From: a virus
Direction: 5' to 3' (one strand)
Virus record (IMG/VR): IMGVR_UViG_3300029267_003532
Coordinates: 15,956 to 79,955 of that record
DNA: 64,000 bases
Shown here piece by piece: positions 8,192 through 16,271 of this stretch. The first letter of the stretch is position 1; every line of letters starts with the position of its first letter. The notes beneath the pieces are model-generated. The model ran no database searches. It worked only from the letters and a program-made list of their open reading frames with translations, and was not told where the DNA came from. Position numbers and translations under genes: made by a program.

Positions 8192-9766
8192 ATGAACGTG
8201 AACAAACTGACCGCCATTCAACAAGCTGACGTCTTTATCCGCGCTCGCTACCCTGGGCTCTTTATCCGCTCGCAAGAGGAAGCGCGGGTCGAATCGGCCA
8301 TTCGCGGCCTACTCGCGACCGGCAAGCACGCCCACAAGGAGGTCTTGACCTGGACCATCAGCCGGGGTGTGCGCCTGGCCGACGCGCCGGCAGAGGAATA
8401 CGGGCCAACCGATCCGATCAGCGCCCTGCAGTGGTTCGCCGGTTATGGCGTCACCGAGGAAAAGCCCGCCGGCACACCGGCGGTCGCCATCTTCAAGGAC
8501 CTCGATCCCTATTTCCAAGACCCCCGCGTTGTTCGCGCTCTGCGCGACCTGATCGCCGACATCACCAGCACCCAGCGCACGCTGATCGTCATTTCCCCAA
8601 CACCCAACGTGCCCGAATCCTGCAAGCGCCAGGTTGCCATGATCGACTGGGCGCTTCCCACGGTCGACGAGCTGGCCGGCATGCTGGGCGACTTTATCGC
8701 CGACCTGCCTGACCGCGTACAATGCGACCTGAACGGCGACAAGGAGCAGGTTGCCAAGGCACTCTGCGGCCTCACCTGGTTTCAGGCCCAGTCGGTACTC
8801 GCCACCGCCGTGATTGCCACCGGCAAGCTGGACGGGGCTGCAATCGAGTTCATCATTTCGGAAAAAGCGCGCCTTGTCCGTGAATCCGGGCTCCTCGAGT
8901 TCTACCTGCCCGACAACCTGCCCGACATCGGCGGCCTGGATGAACTCAAAACCTACATCTCGCGTAGGCGCCGCTCTTTCACGGACAAGGCCCGCGACTA
9001 TGGCGTACCCACGCCCAAGGGCTTGCTCCTTGTCGGCGTGCCCGGCTGCGGCAAATCGCTGGCCTGCAAGTCACTCTCCAAGCTCTGGCGGCTGCCCCTG
9101 GTCCGCCTCGACGTCGGCGCGCTAATGGGCTCCCTGGTCGGCCAGTCAGAGGCCAACCTCCGCCAGGCGCTGCAAGTCGCCGAGTCATCCAGCCCCTGTA
9201 TCCTCTGGCTGGACGAGATTGAAAAGGGCCTCGCCGGCGTCAAGTCGAGTGGGCAAACCGATGGCGGGACCACCGCCCGCGTTTTTGGCGCGCTGCTCAC
9301 CTGGCTCCAGGAAAAGACCGCGCCGGTTTACATGGTCGCAACCAGCAACGACATCAGCGCGCTGCCGGCAGAGCTGCTGCGCGCCGGACGTTTCGACGAG
9401 ACCTTTTTCGTAGACCTGCCCAACACGCAGGAACGCCGAGAGATTTGGACCATCCACGTCGCCAAAGCCGGCCGCAATCCGGCCAACTTTGACCTCGAGG
9501 CCTTGGTCCAGGCCAGCGACGGCTATACAGGTGCAGAGATCGAAGCCGCAGTCGGCGACGCTTTGATCGCCGGTTTTGACCAGGATCGCGAGATCACTAC
9601 CGGCGACCTGGTCACAGCCATTGCGGGCCGCGTGCCCCTGACCGAGACGATGGACACGCAGATCAACGCCCTGCGCAAATGGGCTGCCCGGCGCGCCAAG
9701 CCGGCCAGCAGCGCCCAAGCCGGCCAGGCCGAGTCCAAGAGCCGCGCCGCGACACTCGACTTATAG
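8192..9766 (+). CDS. Ycf46-like AAA+ ATPase, ends in SRAATLDL
   Basis: Walker A GVPGCGKS, Walker B ILWLDEIEK, SRH ELLRAGRFD; degenerate N-terminal AAA domain (ARYP..EE.R, FKDLD). Confidence 0.9.
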   Translation: MNVNKLTAIQQADVFIRARYPGLFIRSQEEARVESAIRGLLATGKHAHKEVLTWTISRGVRLADAPAEEYGPTDPISALQWFAGYGVTEEKPAGTPAVAIFKDLDPYFQDPRVVRALRDLIADITSTQRTLIVISPTPNVPESCKRQVAMIDWALPTVDELAGMLGDFIADLPDRVQCDLNGDKEQVAKALCGLTWFQAQSVLATAVIATGKLDGAAIEFIISEKARLVRESGLLEFYLPDNLPDIGGLDELKTYISRRRRSFTDKARDYGVPTPKGLLLVGVPGCGKSLACKSLSKLWRLPLVRLDVGALMGSLVGQSEANLRQALQVAESSSPCILWLDEIEKGLAGVKSSGQTDGGTTARVFGALLTWLQEKTAPVYMVATSNDISALPAELLRAGRFDETFFVDLPNTQERREIWTIHVAKAGRNPANFDLEALVQASDGYTGAEIEAAVGDALIAGFDQDREITTGDLVTAIAGRVPLTETMDTQINALRKWAARRAKPASSAQAGQAESKSRAATLDL

Positions 9767-9770
9767 AAAT

Positions 9771-9803
9771 CCCTAATTTTTGGTCTGCCCATTTGTTATA
9801 TGG
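9771..9803 (+). promoter_or_regulatory. Putative phage-sigma promoter, copy 4, within a 14-bp inverted repeat
   Basis: CCCTAATTTT-N10-ATTTGTTATATGG. Confidence 0.7.
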
Positions 9804-9827
9804 GCAGACCAAACCAAGGAGGATAAC

Positions 9828-10235
9828 GTGAGCAAATATCGGAAACTCAAGACCAAATTCACCAGCCGCGTGCACCTGCGCGAGGCGCTCCAAGCCACCG
9901 GCTTGCCTTTCGAAGAGGCCCGGCCTGGTCAGGCCCTGACCCTCAACGGATACGGCGGGCAGCGGCGCGAAGCGACCTTTGTAGTCCGCAAGCGGGCGCT
10001 GGGCGCACGATACGGCGACTTTGGCTGGCAGTGGGATCCCGCGACCAAGGGTTTTACTCAGATTGAGGATGATCTCGACGCCGGCCATCTGCCCGTTCAG
10101 CAGAACCTGCAGGCCATCAAGCGCGAGTATGCCTACGCTGCGACCGTGACACAGGCGAGGGTAAAGGGCTACCAGATTCGTCGCATCGACCTGCCGTCAG
10201 GCGAGATTCAAATCCAGGTTACAGGGAGGATCTAA
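9828..10235 (+). CDS. DUF1257-like protein
   Basis: GTG start after AGGAGG; SKYRKLKTKF...LREAL, YGDFG, and YA...ARVKGY pattern; adjacent to the Ycf46-like ATPase. Confidence 0.75.
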   Translation: MSKYRKLKTKFTSRVHLREALQATGLPFEEARPGQALTLNGYGGQRREATFVVRKRALGARYGDFGWQWDPATKGFTQIEDDLDAGHLPVQQNLQAIKREYAYAATVTQARVKGYQIRRIDLPSGEIQIQVTGRI

Positions 10236-10456
10236 TGCAGGCATTCACATTGACGATCACCATCAGCGTTGACGGCGAGACCGTTGTGGGCGAGGTCTCT
10301 GGGATCAAAGGCAAGCGTTGCTCTGACATCGCGGCACTGCTCGACAAAGTCGGCGACGAGACCGAACATCGGCACACTGCGGACTATGACGCAGTCGAGC
10401 CGGTTCAGATCAATGCCGGCATCGGCAGCACCTTGTCCTTGGATCGTAACGGATAG
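10235..10456 (+). CDS. DUF2997-like protein
   Basis: ITISVDGETVVGEVSGIKGKRC...TADY pattern. Confidence 0.75.
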   Translation: MQAFTLTITISVDGETVVGEVSGIKGKRCSDIAALLDKVGDETEHRHTADYDAVEPVQINAGIGSTLSLDRNG

Positions 10457-10463
10457 GCGGGTG

Positions 10464-10493
10464 AGCCGGGATATGGTAGCGTATATCCCGGCT
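10464..10493 (+). terminator. Hairpin closing the AAA module
   Basis: AGCCGGGATAT/ATATCCCGGCT inverted repeat; weak U-tract. Confidence 0.5.
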
Positions 10494-10510
10494 TAGTTGG
10501 AGCACACGCA

Positions 10511-10750
10511 ATGGCTACACCTACGGTTCGAGAAATCCGAGAGATAACCCTCACTGTCGACAAGTACACCGACGAGGTTGTCTCGCGCGCCTACGAGGTC
10601 GTTCATCACTACATGTACGACAGCTATCGTGGCTTCGACAAAGACTATCTGACCAGCATCGTGATGCAGGTTGAAGTGGCTGCCGTCGCCCGCGCCCTGG
10701 ACGAGTGGACCGAGTATCTCAAGCAGCTCCATCAAGCGAGGTTGTTCTGA
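10511..10750 (+). CDS. Hypothetical protein (ends QARLF)
   Basis: 79-aa ORF with GGAG RBS. Confidence 0.65.
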   Translation: MATPTVREIREITLTVDKYTDEVVSRAYEVVHHYMYDSYRGFDKDYLTSIVMQVEVAAVARALDEWTEYLKQLHQARLF

Positions 10751-11160
10751 TGCAGACACAAACCATCGTCCTACCGCACTGGCTCACGCCAGCCTTCGCC
10801 CGCACCTGGCTCAAAACGTTGGACGCTGCCTCCCCGGGCCGGCAGCGCGACCAGATCGAACGCTACCGCGCCATCGCTCGAGGCGAGGACTGGAACGAAC
10901 GCCGCGACTACCGTCTCTCCTGGCGCGAGCCCTACACCGATCACCACCTCGCTGACCAGGTCGCCACCGCGAAACACGCTACTGGCGACGAGGAGGCCAG
11001 TACCAACTATGAGATGCGCCTCGCGTTCTGGCAGATCGCCAAGCGGACGATCGACGATGGTGTGCTGAGTCCCGAAACCATCAACGCCCTCGCCGAGCGG
11101 GGCCGGCGGAACGGGTGGGAGAGTGCGCTGCACGACCTCAACGAAGCGAGGACACAATGA
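10750..11160 (+). CDS. Hypothetical protein
   Basis: TGATG coupling with the upstream gene. Confidence 0.65.
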   Translation: MQTQTIVLPHWLTPAFARTWLKTLDAASPGRQRDQIERYRAIARGEDWNERRDYRLSWREPYTDHHLADQVATAKHATGDEEASTNYEMRLAFWQIAKRTIDDGVLSPETINALAERGRRNGWESALHDLNEARTQ

Positions 11161-11450
11161 GTGACGTATCTGCGACCATCAATCGACCGCTGCGCGCGAT
11201 CCCCATGTCCGACTTTGGCGAAGAGAAACCCGATCGCGCTGTTCACGCCTGGCTCAAGCGGCACAGCGAGGGCCGGATCTGTCCGGTCTGCCTGGAGCCT
11301 ATCAGCAATCAAGCCACAACCTGCGGACCATGCTCGCATCAATGGCGGCAAATCAAGCGCGCCCCGCACTTGCTCGCCGAGTGGATCGTCGACGTCGCGC
11401 AGCACGAGCGCGAGGGCATCGCGCACCTACACCTCTGGGAGAGATCATGA
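11157..11450 (+). CDS. Zn-ribbon hypothetical protein
   Basis: CPVC...CGPC; ATGA overlap. Confidence 0.6.
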   Translation: MSDVSATINRPLRAIPMSDFGEEKPDRAVHAWLKRHSEGRICPVCLEPISNQATTCGPCSHQWRQIKRAPHLLAEWIVDVAQHEREGIAHLHLWERS

Positions 11451-11821
11451 ACCCGATTCGATTGCACCTGACCGGCCAGCCGCCGCGCAAGTCCAACAGC
11501 CGGCGCATCGTTCGCACTCGCGAAGGACGTCCGCGCGTCATCAAGAGCGAAAACGCGCTGGCCTGGACAAAAGCCGCCCTGGCACAGATCCCCGCCGAGG
11601 CGCGCGCAGGCGTGGGCAGCCCCGATCAGCCGCTCGCGATCACGTTCTGGATTCGCTATGGCACACGCCGGCCCGATCTCTCGGTCGAGCTGATCCTCGA
11701 CACATTACAAAAGGCCGGGGTCATTGCTGACGATCGCTATGTATTCGAGACGCACGCATTCAAAGAGATCGACGCCGAAGCCCCAGGCGTCGAAATCTTG
11801 ATCGAGGAGGCAGACCTGTGA
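11447..11821 (+). CDS. rusA: RusA-family Holliday junction resolvase
   Basis: PPRKSN, RPDL..LILDTLQKAGVIADDRYV. Confidence 0.8.
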   Translation: MNPIRLHLTGQPPRKSNSRRIVRTREGRPRVIKSENALAWTKAALAQIPAEARAGVGSPDQPLAITFWIRYGTRRPDLSVELILDTLQKAGVIADDRYVFETHAFKEIDAEAPGVEILIEEADL

Positions 11822-11936
11822 TCGAAACTTTGGCCCGTTGGATTGACTGGCTCTACCAGTGGCAAGAACGCCGGCGACTGCGCCGGTTTGAGCGGGATCT
11901 GGATGGGTGGATCGCGGAGATGGGGATCGAGGACTG

Positions 11937-13475
11937 ATGAGTACCTACATCACCGTAACCGATATGTTCTGCGGCGCGGGAGGCAGCTCTCAAGGCGCCT
12001 TCTCTGCCGGCGCTGAAGTCAAGATGGCCGCCAATCACTGGCAGCTTGCCATCGAGACGCACAACACAAACTACCCGACCGTCGATCATGACTGCGCCGA
12101 TGTCAACCAGGTCATGCCCAGTCGCTGGCCCACCACGACAATGCTGTGGGCCTCGCCGGAATGTCCGCATCACTCCATCGCCTCTGGGCGCAAGCGAGCC
12201 AGCAAGCAGCGTTCCTTTTTCGACAAGTCGAACGATCCCGCCGCCGTGCGATCCCGTGCCACAATGTGGGATGTGCCACGATTCGCCGAATACCACGACT
12301 ATCAGGCCATCATCGTCGAGAATGTCGTCGAGGTCCGCAAGTGGAGGCTCTTTGACGCCTGGCTCCATGCAATGCGCCTCCTGGACTATGACTACAAACT
12401 ATGCTATTTCAACAGCCAATTCTTTGGCGTGCCGCAGAGCCGCGACCGCTTCTACGGTGTGTTCTGGAAAACAGGCGGCAAGGCACCGGATCTCGACTAT
12501 CGCCCCAAGGCCTGGTGCGCACAGTGCGAGCGTGAAGTCGAGGCCGTGCAAGCCTGGAAGAAAATCGACTATCATTGGGGCCGCTATGGTCCACGCCGGC
12601 AGTACCTTTACCGCTGTCCGATCTGCGCCGAGGTCATCCAACCGTTCTACGCCCCGGCCTTTGTTGCCATCGACTGGCAGGACCAAGGCACACGTATCGG
12701 TGATCGCAAGCGACCGCTCAAGCCACGCACGATGGAGCGGATCCAACGAGGCATCGAGGAATACGGCCACCAGTACCTGATGATCGAGACGGCCTACACT
12801 AACTCCCAATCCCGGCGTGCGCATCCGGCCTCTGAGCCCCTGGTCACACAAACCGCGCGTCAAACCCTCGGCGTTACGATGCCGCTTGTGACCTCAGTCA
12901 ACTACTACGATGACCGGGCCAGGCCGGCCAGCGACCCGTTGCCCACGCAGACCACTGCCGAAAAGCAAGCCATCACTATCCCGCCCTCGGCCATCGTCGT
13001 CCTGCGCCAACACACCGATCACAGGTCTCCAGCAGAGCCACTGACTACCATCACGGCCGGCGGGAACAATCACGCCTTGCTACGCATGCCCTTCTTGGCT
13101 GTCAACTATAGCCCTGGCCACTGTCGATCGATCACCCAGGAACTGAGCTGTATCACTACTATAGATCATCACGCTCTGGTTGTCCCAGAGCCGTTCATTG
13201 TCAATTACTACGGCCGGAGTTTTACCATACCGGTAGGCCAGGCGCTGTCTACCATCCCGACCATAGCGCACCACGGCTTGGTGCAATACGAGACGCCGCG
13301 CGTGGAAGACTGCTGCTTTCGAATGCTTCGCCCGGACGAAATCGGCAGGGGCATGGCATTTGATCACGACTACATTGTTCTGGGCAACAAACGGCAGCAG
13401 GTGCGCCAATACGGTAACGCTGTCACGCCGCCGGTTGCGCAGTTTCTATTCAAGAAGGTAATGGAGGTCCTGTAG
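11937..13475 (+). CDS. DNA (cytosine-5) methyltransferase
   Basis: DMFCGAGG, SPEC, ENV, QSRDR, GNAV motifs; long repeated variable region. Confidence 0.92.
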   Translation: MSTYITVTDMFCGAGGSSQGAFSAGAEVKMAANHWQLAIETHNTNYPTVDHDCADVNQVMPSRWPTTTMLWASPECPHHSIASGRKRASKQRSFFDKSNDPAAVRSRATMWDVPRFAEYHDYQAIIVENVVEVRKWRLFDAWLHAMRLLDYDYKLCYFNSQFFGVPQSRDRFYGVFWKTGGKAPDLDYRPKAWCAQCEREVEAVQAWKKIDYHWGRYGPRRQYLYRCPICAEVIQPFYAPAFVAIDWQDQGTRIGDRKRPLKPRTMERIQRGIEEYGHQYLMIETAYTNSQSRRAHPASEPLVTQTARQTLGVTMPLVTSVNYYDDRARPASDPLPTQTTAEKQAITIPPSAIVVLRQHTDHRSPAEPLTTITAGGNNHALLRMPFLAVNYSPGHCRSITQELSCITTIDHHALVVPEPFIVNYYGRSFTIPVGQALSTIPTIAHHGLVQYETPRVEDCCFRMLRPDEIGRGMAFDHDYIVLGNKRQQVRQYGNAVTPPVAQFLFKKVMEVL

Positions 13476-13512
13476 GGGCTCCTATAATGTGGATACGCGG
13501 AAAAGGTAAACT

Positions 13513-13977
13513 GTGGACGAACAGATTGGAATCGATATGAGAGAGGCCCTGGCCGCCTATGCCCACGAAGCGTGGTCCAAGTGGATGAAGCACATTTTCC
13601 TGAAAGGCTACACGGTCTATGGAGGGGCACACGCTATCCCGGCACAACTCAAGAGCCGATGGTGGAGACAGTCCAGAACGCCCTATCAGGATTTGCCAGA
13701 AGAGGAAAAAGAGAGCGATCGAAAAGAAGCCGATACGATATTGGCAATCATTCGCACGGCGCGAATCATCAAGCCGGGTTGGTCGTTACCCCAGCGCAAG
13801 TGCTCGGATTGCGGAGCCGAGATGATTGCGGTTGCGGCTATCGTTGATGAGGGCATCGGGCTTTGGTTTGAATGCCCTGAGTGCCTAAACGACGGAGAAT
13901 CGATCGACGAGTGGCCGTTTATCATCGATGTGGTTTCGCTGGATGAATTAGAACGCGCTGGCTTTGAGCGCCGCTAA
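13513..13977 (+). CDS. RyR-domain-like protein with C-terminal Zn ribbon
   Basis: LAAYAHEAW...PYQDLPEEEKESDR; CSDC...CPEC. Confidence 0.65.
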   Translation: MDEQIGIDMREALAAYAHEAWSKWMKHIFLKGYTVYGGAHAIPAQLKSRWWRQSRTPYQDLPEEEKESDRKEADTILAIIRTARIIKPGWSLPQRKCSDCGAEMIAVAAIVDEGIGLWFECPECLNDGESIDEWPFIIDVVSLDELERAGFERR

Positions 13978-14003
13978 GAAAGATACTCAGAAGGGAGATT
14001 GAA

Positions 14004-14198
14004 ATGTATGTGTTTAAGCGCTACTTTGACGAAGATGACACGCATATGATCAGCGGGACCCAGGCGCAGGCTGAATTGGCACACTACTATGAGGATGTCG
14101 ATGCCATAAGGGACGAACTGATGGACGGCGGAACCGTACGCACGCCGTATGCGCTGTACTCTGAATCTGAAGCTGAATTGCTCGATTCCGATAAGTAG
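14004..14198 (+). CDS. Hypothetical protein
   Basis: 64-aa acidic ORF with GGAG RBS. Confidence 0.55.
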   Translation: MYVFKRYFDEDDTHMISGTQAQAELAHYYEDVDAIRDELMDGGTVRTPYALYSESEAELLDSDK

Positions 14199-14233
14199 AA
14201 TACTCGGCGCTGCTGAGCATTCGGGAGGATACT

Positions 14234-14581
14234 ATGGCTACAAAATGGCTGTGCAACACGTGTGGAGAGGTCACGTCTCATGGTGGAGCGTGTCCGGTCT
14301 GTGCATCGACTGATGTTGAGCCGCTCGACTCTGAGCGAGATGTTGTGCTCCGTCGCAAGCGCGATCTTGATGCAGGGCTATATCGCAAATATATCGTCTT
14401 TGATACGGACACAGAGGTCGAAACAGACGGCTTTTGCTTTGTGCTCAAGCCGGAGACAGATTCGGCCGCGTGGGATGCGTTGCAGGCATACGCGCTGTCG
14501 ACCACGAATCCCCAGTTGGGTGCTGATCTGATGCGTTGGTTGAATCAGAATCTTCGTTCGGTTGAAGTGATCGAATTTTAG
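14234..14581 (+). CDS. Zn-ribbon hypothetical protein
   Basis: CNTC...CPVC; FVLKPETDSAA..AL.AYA pattern; GGAGG RBS. Confidence 0.65.
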   Translation: MATKWLCNTCGEVTSHGGACPVCASTDVEPLDSERDVVLRRKRDLDAGLYRKYIVFDTDTEVETDGFCFVLKPETDSAAWDALQAYALSTTNPQLGADLMRWLNQNLRSVEVIEF

Positions 14582-14591
14582 GGAGGACAGT

Positions 14592-14975
14592 ATGCCAGCG
14601 TTGAGTTTCAAGGCGCAGTTTGCGCCGTTGGTCGAGAGTGGACAGAAAAGGCAGACGATCCGGGCCTGGCGCAAGAGGCCGATCAAGGTTGGCCAGCGGC
14701 TGTATTTGTATGCGGGTATGAGGACGAAAGCCTGCAGGAAGCTCGGCGAGAGCGAGTGCACAGAAGCGATCCCGATTGAGATTCAAGGGTATAGCTGGGA
14801 TGCTCGGCTCGGTCAGGTTGTGCTGTGGCACGAGTTTCTGCTTTGGCAGTATGAGGTGAGACAGATTGCCGTAGCGGATGGGTTCGAGACGGTTGAGGAG
14901 TTTTTCAAGTTTTTCTCACCGGATGGAGAGAAGTTTGAAGGCCAGCTCATCAAGTGGGGAGATCCGATAAGTTGA
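14592..14975 (+). CDS. ASCH-domain protein
   Basis: LSF...VESGQKRQTIR...LYAGMRTK...ADGF. Confidence 0.8.
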   Translation: MPALSFKAQFAPLVESGQKRQTIRAWRKRPIKVGQRLYLYAGMRTKACRKLGESECTEAIPIEIQGYSWDARLGQVVLWHEFLLWQYEVRQIAVADGFETVEEFFKFFSPDGEKFEGQLIKWGDPIS

Positions 14976-15000
14976 CTACTCGGAATACGGAAAGAGACCG

Positions 15001-15432
15001 ATGACTGAGCATCCAGAAAACGTACTTTCAATCCCACCTACATCAGACGGCTTTTACTTTTGCTTATGGGAAGCCATCCGCGTTGACATGGGCGTTGTCT
15101 ATGAAGACGCGGTAGGGCTCGGAAAGGTTACAGAGCGGTACCGCTTGGCACGTGCAGGCCGGCAGCCCTGTCCACTGGCCGAGACCTGCAAGACCCGCGC
15201 GCGCCATCTCGCACGCATCTCCAATCGCCAAACATCCACAATCTGGGCAACATTGACCAAGTCGGAACGCAAGCGACTCTCCAATAAAACCCAGGATCTT
15301 GTATTCGAGGCCGAGTCTCGTATCGGCGCATACATCCTAGGCCCGATGATCAAAACCTGGTTGGAGCAAAACACGGGCACCTTGCTGGGGGTCCGAATAC
15401 GTCATTTGTTGGACAGCCACACGGTACACTAA
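15001..15432 (+). CDS. Hypothetical protein
   Basis: 143-aa ORF in operon. Confidence 0.55.
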   Translation: MTEHPENVLSIPPTSDGFYFCLWEAIRVDMGVVYEDAVGLGKVTERYRLARAGRQPCPLAETCKTRARHLARISNRQTSTIWATLTKSERKRLSNKTQDLVFEAESRIGAYILGPMIKTWLEQNTGTLLGVRIRHLLDSHTVH

Positions 15433-15447
15433 TCTGGGAGAACGCCA

Positions 15448-15822
15448 ATGCCCTGGTGGAACGACACACAAACCTACTATCAATGGCCGGCGCTGCACTT
15501 CCCGATCCACACGCGCCAAATGGAAATCGAGTACCTTGCGATCAAGTGCGCCGGTTGCGGCAAACCCATCCGCTACCTGCACGGCCAAGGCACAGAGCAT
15601 TCACAATGCACAACCGTGCGCTGCGCCGGCCTCTGTCCGTCCTGCAAACTGATCACCTACGCCCAATTTCGTGTGTACGCAGACCACATTCTCTGGGAAA
15701 GCAGCCGTGGCTGGCGCTGGCTTGCAATGCGAAAAGAACCACCGGTCCGGGCATGGTGGGCGCTAGGGCTGCTAATACTGGCCCTGCTGCTAGGAATGCT
15801 GTGCACCCGCCTGGGTGTCTAG
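15448..15822 (+). CDS. Zn-binding protein with C-terminal transmembrane helix
   Basis: CAGC, CPSC; hydrophobic C-terminus. Confidence 0.55.
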   Translation: MPWWNDTQTYYQWPALHFPIHTRQMEIEYLAIKCAGCGKPIRYLHGQGTEHSQCTTVRCAGLCPSCKLITYAQFRVYADHILWESSRGWRWLAMRKEPPVRAWWALGLLILALLLGMLCTRLGV

Positions 15823-15847
15823 CTACACATAATCAACGGAGGATTGT

Positions 15848-16132
15848 ATGTCCGAGTACCTGGAGACCCACCCAGACGTACCCGTCTGGCCGGTCGTCAT
15901 TCGTGACGGCAAAGTCTACGTCAACACCGATGGCCTACTGCGTCACATGGTAGACCTGGACAAAGCCACACCGCAAACGTGGCAGCGCATCTACACGATC
16001 TCTATCGCGCCACGCGCCGTGCACCTGATGACCGCGCGCCTCAAAAGCGGCGACTCGATGCAGATACGCCGAGAAATGTACAAACTGATCGACCGTGCTG
16101 CTCAAACAGAATATCATCCAGAGACAGAGTAG
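15848..16132 (+). CDS. Hypothetical protein
   Basis: GGAGG RBS, 94 aa. Confidence 0.6.
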   Translation: MSEYLETHPDVPVWPVVIRDGKVYVNTDGLLRHMVDLDKATPQTWQRIYTISIAPRAVHLMTARLKSGDSMQIRREMYKLIDRAAQTEYHPETE

Positions 16133-16271
16133 GGGAGTACACTACGACACACAAGCCCGCTCTTTATATCTCTATGTCTTATAAGCGACCTTATGCGACA
16201 TAGACAAAATGCTCCCAAACTGGGACCGGTGACTACTCCCCTGCCCCAAAATCACACAAACAGGTAGGCCA

